This document shows positions 29,210 to 37,544 of a DNA stretch of 64,000 nt, in pieces. The position numbers and the translations under genes are program-made. How positions within the stretch are numbered: the first letter of the stretch is position 1; the number at the start of each line of letters is the position of its first letter. This DNA is from a virus, in the IMG/VR virus record IMGVR_UViG_3300047585_000133, positions 1 to 64,000 of that record; one strand, written 5' to 3'. Under the pieces are notes generated by a model. The model ran no database searches and had not been told where the DNA came from. It saw nothing but the letters and a program-made list of their open reading frames with translations.

Positions 29210-30751
29210 CTAGCTGCCCGTCCCGGTCGCCGAGGCGTTCTGCTGCGACTGGATCGCCGTCAGCCCCCCGGACAGGTCGATCGACATCTGCACCGTGATG
29301 TAGTTCAGCGGCATCGCCGGCAGGTACGTGAACACCACCGTGATGATCGTCGGGTTGCCGCCCGGGTAGGCCTGCTGGGTCACCGTCAGGTTCTGGTAGG
29401 AGATGATCACGTTCCCCGTGACCGCCGCCTCCAGGATGCCCAGCACCGACTCCTGCACCGCGCTGACCGTGTTCGCGGTGATCGGCGACCCGATCAGGCC
29501 GCTGGACTGCAATCCCTGGCTGACCGCCACCAGCAGGGAATCCGCCTGGCGGACCACCGAGATCTCCTGGTGGTTGATCGCGCTCATGTCCGTCGTCAGG
29601 CCCTGCCGGCAGATCAGCGCCCCCGTGTAGTTCACCGCGCAGACACTCACCCCGTAAGCGGCAATCGAGTTCATGAACGCGTTGGTCATCGAACTGACCT
29701 CGGCCTGCGGCAGGCCCGCCGTTCCCCGGATCACCTGGTTGGTCGTCCCGGTGTTCACCGGCAGGGACGACAGGACGGCCCCCAGGGCTACCGCCAGGTA
29801 ACATCCGCTGGCCTGGAACGTCGTACTGGTCGCCGTGTTGTACAGCTGCACGATCTCCGGGTAGGCCAGCACCAGGCGCCGCGACGCGATAGCGGAGGCG
29901 AACGTCGGAACCGGGATATCGGACTCGCTGTAATTGCGCGGCAGCCCGAAGAACCCGATCCGGGGGAAACCGTCGTTGTAGGCGGTCACCATCGCGGTGT
30001 TCAGCGCCTGCGCCATCGACATCGCCTCCGCCGCCACCGTCCCCGATCCCGGGGTCAGGTCGTCGGTGAACACCGGCACCACGATCGTGCACGCCGCCGT
30101 GGTAGCGACCTTCGCGTAGGCGGCGGTGAACTGCTGCTCCAGCGAGCCGTCCGCCGGGTTGCAGGCCACCATGAGCAGGGTCGTCGCCCCGTTGGAGAAG
30201 GCGATCTGCGCGGCGCACGACAGCGGGTTGGCCACCTGGGAGGCGTTCACGGTCACGGGGACCGTCGACAGGAACGGCTGCCCGTAGGCGTTGATCACCG
30301 ACTGCTGGTCGGTGAAGACCTGCGGGGCGTAGTAGGTCGCGTCCGCGTAGTTGTAGGTGATAGCGACCTGCTGGCCGTCGGAAACATTCGGGCTGCCGCT
30401 GACCCGGACGATGGTTGCCGAGGCCAGGCCCGGGTTCCCCGACGGGCTGGCAACCACCGTCAGGGTGTAGTCCGTCCCCGGGGTCAGGATCGTCCCGGCC
30501 AGGGTGGTCACTACGGGAGCGGAGATTGCGGGCGGCCCGGATACGGCCGTAGTGAAAATCCCCGTGTAGGTCAGGGCGGTGGCGCTGGCGGCCGAGATGA
30601 TCAGCGACTGGATCGCGGTGCGGTAGCCGAGGGCCGGGCCGATCAGGGTGACGACCTGGGACGGCACCAGGGGAGTGACGACGACCGGGATGGAAGTGTC
30701 CTGAACGTACACCTGCGGAGGGGTGTACGACGTAAAGGATGGGATTGTCAC
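29210..30751 (-). CDS. Tail sheath protein
   Basis: YTPPQVYV N-terminus; RQGLTTD, EISVVRQAD and YLPAMPLNYITV C-terminus. Confidence 0.9.
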   Translation of the reverse strand: MTIPSFTSYTPPQVYVQDTSIPVVVTPLVPSQVVTLIGPALGYRTAIQSLIISAASATALTYTGIFTTAVSGPPAISAPVVTTLAGTILTPGTDYTLTVVASPSGNPGLASATIVRVSGSPNVSDGQQVAITYNYADATYYAPQVFTDQQSVINAYGQPFLSTVPVTVNASQVANPLSCAAQIAFSNGATTLLMVACNPADGSLEQQFTAAYAKVATTAACTIVVPVFTDDLTPGSGTVAAEAMSMAQALNTAMVTAYNDGFPRIGFFGLPRNYSESDIPVPTFASAIASRRLVLAYPEIVQLYNTATSTTFQASGCYLAVALGAVLSSLPVNTGTTNQVIRGTAGLPQAEVSSMTNAFMNSIAAYGVSVCAVNYTGALICRQGLTTDMSAINHQEISVVRQADSLLVAVSQGLQSSGLIGSPITANTVSAVQESVLGILEAAVTGNVIISYQNLTVTQQAYPGGNPTIITVVFTYLPAMPLNYITVQMSIDLSGGLTAIQSQQNASATGTGS

Positions 30752-30822
30752 TAAATGTCCCTTTTCCCGGTCCGGGCCCTGAAGTGGTCATCTCTTCCGG
30801 GGCAGCACGAGACAATGACCGC

Positions 30823-31068
30823 ATGCCGAAACTCCCCTGGCCCGAGGGCCTCCCGGCCGAGCCGTCGCACGTGGCGAAAGAGGTCCCCCTGCGCACCTGG
30901 TACCGCTCCCTGAAAGACGGAAAGCTGTGGTGCGAGAGCAGCGACCCGGACGAAGTGAGGACCAGCGGAGGCGACGCCCTCCAGGTACTGCGGTACTACG
31001 CGGTGACCAGCGGCTGGCAGCCCTGGGACCCGGATGAGATCCGCCCGGACGAGATTCCCCGGGTCTAG
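30823..31068 (+). CDS. Hypothetical protein
   Basis: High GC3; LWCESSDPDEV motif. Confidence 0.55.
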   Translation: MPKLPWPEGLPAEPSHVAKEVPLRTWYRSLKDGKLWCESSDPDEVRTSGGDALQVLRYYAVTSGWQPWDPDEIRPDEIPRV

Positions 31069-31718
31069 TCCGGCGGCGTCGTGATGATCTCCCCCGACGG
31101 GATATCGATGATCGTCTGGTCGGGGAAACCCTGCACGTCCATCACCACCTGGATCTCACTTAGGTTGACCAGCGCCTGGGTGTACGGGTCGGTGACGAAC
31201 TCCCCGATCACCTGGACCGCGAAGCCCCGCTCGTAGATCACGTCCATCGTGCCCCACGGCGTACCAGGTGCAGCCGCGCCGCTGCGGTCCTCCACCGTGT
31301 CGAAACTCCACACGCTGGCCACCAGCGGGGCGTTCTCCGTGATCTGGCGGAAGTGAGACGGGAAACTCGACTGGGCGGCGAACGCGGTCAGGGAGATCAG
31401 CTGGTCGTAGATCATGTCCCGCTCGTTGGAACTCAGCGCCACGATCGTGAACACGACATGGCCGGCGAACCGCCAGCGGGCGTAGGAATTGTTCTGCGCG
31501 TCCGTCTGGGTATAGGCGATCCCCACCGTCCGCAGCTCGGCGCCCTCGTAGTCCACCCAGATCGCCGGGTACTGCGCCTGCTCCACCGGGTACTCAATCG
31601 ACACAAACGGCTGCCTCGAAGTGCCCCCGTCGGCGTCAGGCGGCGGGTAGCGGGAGGTGAACGACTGCTGGATCGCGTTGACCGCAGTCGTCTTGATTGT
31701 CCTCAGGTACCCGGTCAC
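31065..31718 (-). CDS. Tail terminator/neck protein
   Basis: VSIEYP...YPAIWV and ALSSNERD; upstream of sheath. Confidence 0.7.
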   Translation of the reverse strand: MTGYLRTIKTTAVNAIQQSFTSRYPPPDADGGTSRQPFVSIEYPVEQAQYPAIWVDYEGAELRTVGIAYTQTDAQNNSYARWRFAGHVVFTIVALSSNERDMIYDQLISLTAFAAQSSFPSHFRQITENAPLVASVWSFDTVEDRSGAAAPGTPWGTMDVIYERGFAVQVIGEFVTDPYTQALVNLSEIQVVMDVQGFPDQTIIDIPSGEIITTPPD

Positions 31719-31790
31719 ACTGCTTCCGGGCTCGCCCGCACCAGATCCGGCCCGGCCGGATACTAACCAGTGTCACCGCAGCGGGTGAGG

Positions 31791-31820
31791 GCGGCGCCTC
31801 CAGGGGTCAGGGGGCGCCGC
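31791..31820. terminator. Hairpin terminator
   Basis: GCGGCGCCTC / GGGGCGCCGC stem. Confidence 0.5.
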
Positions 31821-31977
31821 CGCCGCTCAGGCGTCCCAGAGCCCGGTGTCATGGCGGCTGATGCGTTTCCCCTTACGCGAGGGAAACTGCTTCCGGACCC
31901 GGTACGGCATCCGCTCGGCGTCCCCGTGGCCCGCGATCTTGTGGGACTTGCACATCGGGCAGCCCTTCCAGCGGCGG

Positions 31978-32286
31978 CTACTCGTCCTGGCCAAAGTCTG
32001 TCACTCCCCGCTTACCGCAAACAGAGCACCGAACGTTCTCCATCCACCAGGCGTACGCCTCGTCCGGGTCCATGTCGGTCAGCTCACCGGGGAACGCGAC
32101 GCAGGTGACCCCGTACTCCTTCTCGCCGCACGAGCAGACCGTCCTCGTCCCGTCCAGGTGAACGTGATGATCGCGGTGCGGGTCGTTGGCTTCCTCCCAG
32201 GCCAGCTCCTGGAGTTCATCCGCCTCGCGGATCTCCCGGCGCACGGCAGCTTTAGCAGCCATCCGGCCTTCCCAGGTGTCAGTCAT
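31978..32286 (-). CDS. Hypothetical Zn-binding protein
   Basis: Start MTDTWEG coupled to the upstream stop; CSC and CSVC motifs. Confidence 0.6.
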   Translation of the reverse strand: MTDTWEGRMAAKAAVRREIREADELQELAWEEANDPHRDHHVHLDGTRTVCSCGEKEYGVTCVAFPGELTDMDPDEAYAWWMENVRCSVCGKRGVTDFGQDE

Positions 32287-33689
32287 CAGAACCGGCTCCT
32301 CCAGGTTCGGTCTGCCGCGTAGATCCGGTTGGGGACGATACCGCCCTGCTGGGCCGCCAGGGACACCGCATGGTTGAGGAACTTGCGCGGCGCCAGTCCC
32401 GGGTGCCGCCACTTCACCCCGACGTTGCCCTTGGCGACGGCCCCGGCCACCTTGCCCGGCGTCGTGAACGGGCGGCTCGTCTCCCGTTTGGAGATCCGGC
32501 CGGGAGCACCAGGCTGGACGGCCTTGCGGAAGATCAGCACCTGGGTCTTCCCGGACAGGGTCAGCCGGGTCTTCGCCTTCGGGTTCTTCGCCCGCTCGCT
32601 GCCGTCCAGGTCGTCGACCCACATCGGGATCGTCTTGCCCTGGAGGGCGAACATGGTGAACGGCCGGATGCCCTGTTCCTGGAACCAGACGTAGCTGTTG
32701 TGACTTGCCATCCCCTCAGACATGTAGGTGTGCTCGCTTGTCTCCATAAGCATCACCATCCGCTCTCCGACATCTCGGACTGCCACTACCCGGCGTTCTC
32801 TGGTCGCTCGCATGTACCTGTTTTCGTAGCGCAGCTTGGGAAGCAGCCGGAGCGGACGAATAGACCCCAAGAATCTGGCTTGCTCTGAAAATCCGCCCAG
32901 GATGTCAAGATGCCAAGCGGTACCCGTACCCTGCCAGGCTCTGTAACGGAAGCCCCGAGATTCCAGCAGACGCTTGATCTCATCAAGCACAGGGCCAGCA
33001 TTCTGGGCTACTACCAGTCCTCCTGCGTTGGTCCACGACTCGCTTCGAGAGCCGTTGTAGAACATCGATCCTTCACCGTCGTAAATCCCAGCGAGCCACC
33101 CAGCCTCTCGCGACTTGTCTTCGTCCCAGGTAGGCAGGTAGTAGCCGATCCGGTCTCCGGGTCGCAGCTCGGCCGCCTTCATCCACTTCCTCGGATGACC
33201 ATCATGGCGAGATCCGAGGAGCGGGTGAGTCCGGGTACACGTGAAGCGGAATCCGTCGTCGAATTCGACCTCTACGCACTGGCGCGGCGCAGGAACAGCA
33301 GCGAGAACCTCGGCAGTACGGAAGCGACGACCTCGACCCCGGTATCCGTCTGGAGTCGGGACAACATCCTCGTCCACTGCGATGAGCTTGTCTCCGGCGA
33401 CGATCTTTTCGACTGGAACCCACTGCCAGTCTGATCTCAGGACACGCATACCAAATGATACACAGTCTGCCCAGCCGAGGCCGAAGAAGCCCTGGCCGTA
33501 CAAGGGGAACAGGCGGCTGGCCGAGGCCCCGGTCAGCTTCGGCATGACCCGCCGGGCCTCCTTGACGGCGACGTTGGCCAGGGTCCGGGCCCGGGACCCG
33601 GACAGGCCGTCCACCCGCATGATCAATCGATCGGGATGGGCGGCGATCACCATCTCCTGCGTCTCGACCAGAGCGACCATGCTGCCCAT
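32286..33689 (-). CDS. Neck/tail-completion protein containing an intein
   Basis: Exteins ...GFFGLGWAD and SYVWFQEQGIRPFTM...WRHPGLAP. Confidence 0.75.
   Translation of the reverse strand: MGSMVALVETQEMVIAAHPDRLIMRVDGLSGSRARTLANVAVKEARRVMPKLTGASASRLFPLYGQGFFGLGWADCVSFGMRVLRSDWQWVPVEKIVAGDKLIAVDEDVVPTPDGYRGRGRRFRTAEVLAAVPAPRQCVEVEFDDGFRFTCTRTHPLLGSRHDGHPRKWMKAAELRPGDRIGYYLPTWDEDKSREAGWLAGIYDGEGSMFYNGSRSESWTNAGGLVVAQNAGPVLDEIKRLLESRGFRYRAWQGTGTAWHLDILGGFSEQARFLGSIRPLRLLPKLRYENRYMRATRERRVVAVRDVGERMVMLMETSEHTYMSEGMASHNSYVWFQEQGIRPFTMFALQGKTIPMWVDDLDGSERAKNPKAKTRLTLSGKTQVLIFRKAVQPGAPGRISKRETSRPFTTPGKVAGAVAKGNVGVKWRHPGLAPRKFLNHAVSLAAQQGGIVPNRIYAADRTWRSRF
32697..33464 (-). mobile_element. Intein (256 aa) with LAGLIDADG endonuclease
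   Basis: Starts CVSFGMRVL, block B CTRTHP, WLAGIYDGEG, ends ASHN followed by Ser; lower GC3 than the exteins. Confidence 0.92.
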
Positions 33690-33699
33690 GGTAGGCCCG

Positions 33700-34300
33700 G
33701 ATAGGCTACCGGCGGGTAAGCTACCGGCGGGTAACCGGCTTAGAAAACTAATTCCACTAGTGCAACCTAAATACCCTAACTACTACTATAGACAATAAAT
33801 TTTTTCTAAAAATTATTAGTAGTTAGTACTTATAGGTGTTGCAGTTAGCGAACGCCACGCGGCTACTGATAGTCACTACGCGGCCACTTAAAGTGATAGT
33901 GCAATTCTTCCGAGAGCCAGTGCAATTCTTTGTGCACTGAAAGTGCGATTCTTTTGTTCGATATACGCGGCTGACCTGGAGTTAGTGCAATAGTGCAGTT
34001 CTTTTGCCCTGGTATGAGCTACGCGCGATGCTAAGGCTAAGTTACGTAATCGTCAGTTCACTCTTAGTCACTACGCGGCCGGTCTCCCCGTGATGTCCGA
34101 TTTGACTTATTTGAGAGCTTCGTCCCTCCGCAGATTTTCTCAGAGGATCCGGGCAAAAATAACTGCACTATTGCACTTCTTGCAGCTAGCATTACTTAAA
34201 TCGAATACAGGTTCTGCACTTTTAATTGCACGGGTCTGCACCAGACGGCCGAGAATTGCACGGATCTCCGTCACGACCCGGACTCGGTTATGGTGACTGC
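33700..34300. repeat. AT-rich non-coding region with direct and inverted repeats (origin-like)
   Basis: AGTGCRRTTCTT at 33898, 33919, 33942, 33992; 26-bp inverted repeat 33984-34009/34151-34177; TAGTCACTACGCGGCC at 33870 and 34065. Confidence 0.75.
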
Positions 34301-34368
34301 TACCCTGGCCAGCCTCTTTGCGGCAATCTGGCCTAGTCAGTCCCGTGCGTCACCATAAGGAGTCTTCC

Positions 34369-34611
34369 GTGAGCGTTACTGCGCCCGTACCCAGAGAGGG
34401 CGGCGACCGCCTGTTCACCCCGGCCGAGGTGGCGGCGATCTTCCGGGTCGACCCCAAGACGGTCACCCGCTGGGCAGCTGCCAGACCTCCCCGGATCCGC
34501 TCAATGCGTACCCCGGGCGGCCACCGCCGGTTTCCCGAGTCCGAGGTCTACCTGCTGCTGAACGGGCAGGTCGCGGGCACCGCCCAGCAGTTATCAAGAA
34601 AACCTGTATAA
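34369..34611 (+). CDS. bldC: BldC-family MerR-like transcriptional regulator
   Basis: LFTPAEVAAIFRVDPKTVTRWA...RTPGGHRRF; RBS AAGGAG. Confidence 0.9.
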   Translation: MSVTAPVPREGGDRLFTPAEVAAIFRVDPKTVTRWAAARPPRIRSMRTPGGHRRFPESEVYLLLNGQVAGTAQQLSRKPV

Positions 34612-34616
34612 AAGTC

Positions 34617-34646
34617 TTGCTGGTTGGCGAGAGAGGATGGTACGGT
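34617..34646 (+). promoter_or_regulatory. Putative housekeeping-sigma promoter of the tRNA array
   Basis: TTGCTG-18 nt-TACGGT with a TGG extended -10; ATG at the predicted start site 34653. Confidence 0.55.
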
Positions 34647-34706
34647 TTGAACATGCCGCCGGGGAACCGGCGGACAGCAGACCCCAGCAGTCCAGGACAA
34701 GGAAGC

Positions 34707-34823
34707 ATGGAACTCTCCGCCTCACCCGTTTACCAGCCGTCGTGCTGGCTGAAGGCGCATGACGCCGTCAGCTTCCAGCCCGCGACTGGAAGGGGCAGTG
34801 AGCGCCGGGGGCTCCCCGGGTAG
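34707..34823 (+). CDS. Putative leader peptide of the tRNA array (alternative leaderless start 34653)
   Basis: RBS AAGGAAG; 38 codons, 31 distinct; stop lies inside the antiterminator arm. Confidence 0.6.
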   Translation: MELSASPVYQPSCWLKAHDAVSFQPATGRGSERRGLPG

Positions 34824-34844
34824 GACCTTACGAGGAACTTGCCC

Positions 34845-34888
34845 AGGAGCCGCCAGCGGAGAGAAAACCGCAGGCGGCTCCTCTGGTT
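34845..34888 (+). terminator. Attenuator-type terminator before the first tRNA
   Basis: AGGAGCCGCC/GGCGGCTCCT stem plus inner GCGG/CCGC; weak U tract. Confidence 0.65.
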
Positions 34889-34906
34889 CCCGGGTACAAC
34901 TGAACA

Positions 34907-34976
34907 TGCGAGTAGCCGCTGGGCGGTAGCCGGTCTCCAAAGCCGGCAAGCTGGGTTCGACTCCTGGTACTCGTGC
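34907..34976 (+). tRNA. tRNA-Trp(CCA), atypical D arm
   Basis: CCGGT-CTCCAAA-GCCGG; T loop TTCGACT. Confidence 0.75.
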
Positions 34977-35405
34977 TGGTCCGCGAGGACCTTGCCACCG
35001 GCTGACGGGCGAGAGCCCCGAGGACGGCAACCGGCTCGACTTTTCTCATCTCAACAGCGGAACACGATGCGGCAGGGTGCCAACCTGCCGCACGGTGACC
35101 AGCGGACTGGCCCCTGCCCCGGTATGGTGGCGGAGGAGATCTCCGTACGACCTTTACGGATGGTTCAGGGCACGAAACAAACGGGGCAGGAGCCAGCCTG
35201 CCGGTCACCCAGATTTCGGCGCGGTGAAAGACAATGCAGCTACTCCCGGGGAGCAGCGGCCGTTAAAGGCCGGGGACGTACCGTCAAGGATGGTTCCTGT
35301 ACCGGGCACCGCGCCAGCAAGACTCCCCTCCTCCCGGTGTGCTCACACCCGCCGGGACAAGGGAGCCGTGGGCCCGTCCCTGCTTGCGGGGTCGGGCTCC
35401 ACCAC

Positions 35406-35478
35406 GGGGCCTTGGCGCAGCTGGTAGCGCGTCTGCATGGCATGCAGAAGGTCAGGAGTTCGACTCTCCTAGGCTCCA
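35406..35478 (+). tRNA. tRNA-Ala(GGC)
   Basis: Cloverleaf, G3:U70. Confidence 0.95.
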
Positions 35479-35557
35479 CGAGGGGGCGGTGCGGGTTCGA
35501 ATCCTGCCCGGCGGGAGAAATCCCAACGGTAGCTCAATGGCAGAGCAGCCCCCGTCA
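35479..35557 (+). ncRNA. Permuted tRNA-like RNA (YrlA/Y-RNA-like topology)
   Basis: Order: T arm, loop-closed acceptor, D arm, enclosed by GGGGGC/GCCCCC. Confidence 0.7.
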
Positions 35558-35790
35558 GTTTGGGCAGGATAAACCGGGCGAAACGTAGATGATCCCGGTG
35601 GAGCGGGGACGGCAGGCCGGCGGAACATCGTGCCTGTGGTACTTGGTTGTCCTGGACCGGGAGGGTACCCCGGACGCAAACCTGGTAGGTGCCGTCGTGA
35701 AACACGGCCGTGAGTAGCGGCGGCAACTGCCCGGCGGGCGCCGCGAGCCCGTTAATAGGAAACCGGACCGAGGATTCCGGACGCGGACCT

Positions 35791-35865
35791 GGGCTGTTAG
35801 CTCACCGCAGGTAGAGCACTGCACCCGCAATGCAGAGGTACCCGGTTCGAGCCCGGGACGGTCCA
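35791..35865 (+). tRNA. tRNA-Ala(CGC)
   Basis: Cloverleaf, G3:U70, C33. Confidence 0.9.
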
Positions 35866-35989
35866 CGGGAGGAAGACGCAGGGTTCGATTCCATGCCCGG
35901 CCGCTTGGGAGGCCGGCGCTCATGCGAGTACGCGTTGCGGAAAGCCTGCGCCGGCCGCGTCCGGTACCTCAGGGCAGAGGACTCCGTCA
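35866..35989 (+). ncRNA. Second permuted tRNA-like RNA with an enlarged acceptor insertion
   Basis: T loop TTCGATT first; D arm CCTC-AGGGCA-GAGG last; closing GGAG/CTCC. Confidence 0.55.
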
Positions 35990-35990
35990 C

Positions 35991-36063
35991 GGGGAAGTAG
36001 CTCAGCTGGAAGAGCACCCGCCCTGCAAGCGGGATGTCAGGGATTCGAGTTCCCTCTTCTCCA
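35991..36063 (+). tRNA. tRNA-Ala(TGC)
   Basis: Cloverleaf, G3:U70, C33. Confidence 0.9.
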
Positions 36064-36114
36064 CGTCGGCCTCTGGAATCCCCGGGAGAATGATCTCCCG
36101 CCATGCCGGCTCCA

Positions 36115-36188
36115 CGGGATATTGCGTAGTGGTAGCGCGCCTGGTTTGGGACCAGGCGGCTGGGGTTCGATTCCCTGTATCCCGACCA
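36115..36188 (+). tRNA. tRNA-Pro(TGG)
   Basis: Cloverleaf with encoded CCA. Confidence 0.92.
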
Positions 36189-36434
36189 GTCGCCTGGAGC
36201 TGGCTCAAGCTCCCTGGTTTCCCCCGAGCAGGGAGCTGGTCCCGGAAGCACCGGGAGGGCGGCGTTAAGTCCGGTACACGGCTGCGGCGCACGGGACATT
36301 CCGGTTCGACTCCGGATCGCCGCAGTGCAGTAGGCCGCGTTGCCCCTAGCAAGCGGGCGCCGAAAAACCGCCTGGAGCGGCAGTAGCTTGCAGGTGACCG
36401 GGACGCGATCGCGACGTGAGCCCGGCACCGTCAA

Positions 36435-36508
36435 CGGAGCGTAGCTCAACTTGGCAGAGCACTCGGCTGGGGGCCGAGCGGTTGCGCGTTCAAATCGCGC
36501 CACTCCGA
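36435..36508 (+). tRNA. tRNA-Pro(GGG)
   Basis: CTCGG-CTGGGGG-CCGAG. Confidence 0.92.
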
Positions 36509-36584
36509 CGTGAGGGCCTAGGGCCGGGTAACCGGCTGGCGCGATATACGACCTAGGGAGCGGGAGCACTGGTACCCCGCATAT

Positions 36585-36659
36585 CTGGCTATGGCGCAGC
36601 TTGGCTAGCGCGCTGCCTTCGGGAGGCAGAGGTCCCCAGTTCAAATCTGGGTAGCCAGA
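36585..36659 (+). tRNA. tRNA-Pro(CGG)
   Basis: CTGCC-TTCGGGA-GGCAG. Confidence 0.95.
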
Positions 36660-36879
36660 CGAGACCCAAAGGCCACGGGTCTGCTGGAACGCGGGTTCGC
36701 TACCTGCGTTGGATGCAAGGTGTAGGGCGCACAGGGGCGCGCGGACGCCCAGAGCCGGGGGAAACCCGGTAGCTGGGTGGTCACGGGCCTCGGGGCCGGG
36801 TTCAACTCCCGGGGCATCGCTGGATCTCAAAGGCCCAAGTGAGGCGGAAGATAGGGCCACGCCCTGCCGGAGATCTTAT

Positions 36880-36953
36880 GGTCGCTTAGCTCAGTTGGAA
36901 CGAGCGCCTGATTGAAACCCAGGAGGACCCCCGTTCGGCTCGGGGAGTGACCA
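36880..36953 (+). tRNA. tRNA-Phe(GAA)
   Basis: Cloverleaf; A:C mismatch at 31:39. Confidence 0.88.
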
Positions 36954-37203
36954 CGGTGACGGAGTACTACGTCACTTGGGCCCTGTGGTAAGCGCACCAC
37001 AGGGAAAGCGGTTGGCAGGCTACGCCAGCTCCTCCGGGGGCGAGCCGGGTTCAAAACCCGGGACCGTGCGATGCCGTGACCCTGTCGATCGCAGGATCAC
37101 CACGGCAGCCGGGAAAGAACTTTCCCGGCGCGAAGGTTGCCGGTAACCCCTGCGTTAAAGGGAGGCAGTTCCGTTGCAACGGACTGCCGTGGAACTGGAC
37201 CAT

Positions 37204-37274
37204 GCGGATGTCGTCCAACGGCAGGACAGCAGCCTTCCAAGCTGCTGATGCGGGTTCGAGTCCCGTCTTCCGCT
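37204..37274 (+). tRNA. tRNA-Gly(TCC)
   Basis: GCAGC-CTTCCAA-GCTGC. Confidence 0.92.
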
Positions 37275-37471
37275 CTACGGCACGACGCCCCGCCTGGCTC
37301 CGCCCAAATGGTACCCAGGGGGATACGGCCGGGAGAGTAGCGCTCCTCCCGGTAAGCCGGCCTGTTGCAACGGGCCGGACTTCGTGCCGCCCGGGTGATC
37401 CTGCCGGAGCCCCTGTGAGCCCTGCCGCAAGCGGGGCAATACCAGGCTCCCCGGCGGGACTCCGGGACCCT

Positions 37472-37544
37472 GCGCCGCTAACTCAACTGGCAGAGTACCG
37501 TCCTCTTAAGTCGGGAGTTGGGGGTTCAAGTCCCTCGCGGCGCA
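37472..37544 (+). tRNA. tRNA-Lys(CTT)
   Basis: Cloverleaf; U:U mismatch in the anticodon stem. Confidence 0.9.

Noticed and set aside
34992-35040. Possible hammerhead ribozyme (CTGACGG...CGAGG)
   Set aside because: The core should be CUGANGA...GAAA; both conserved elements deviate
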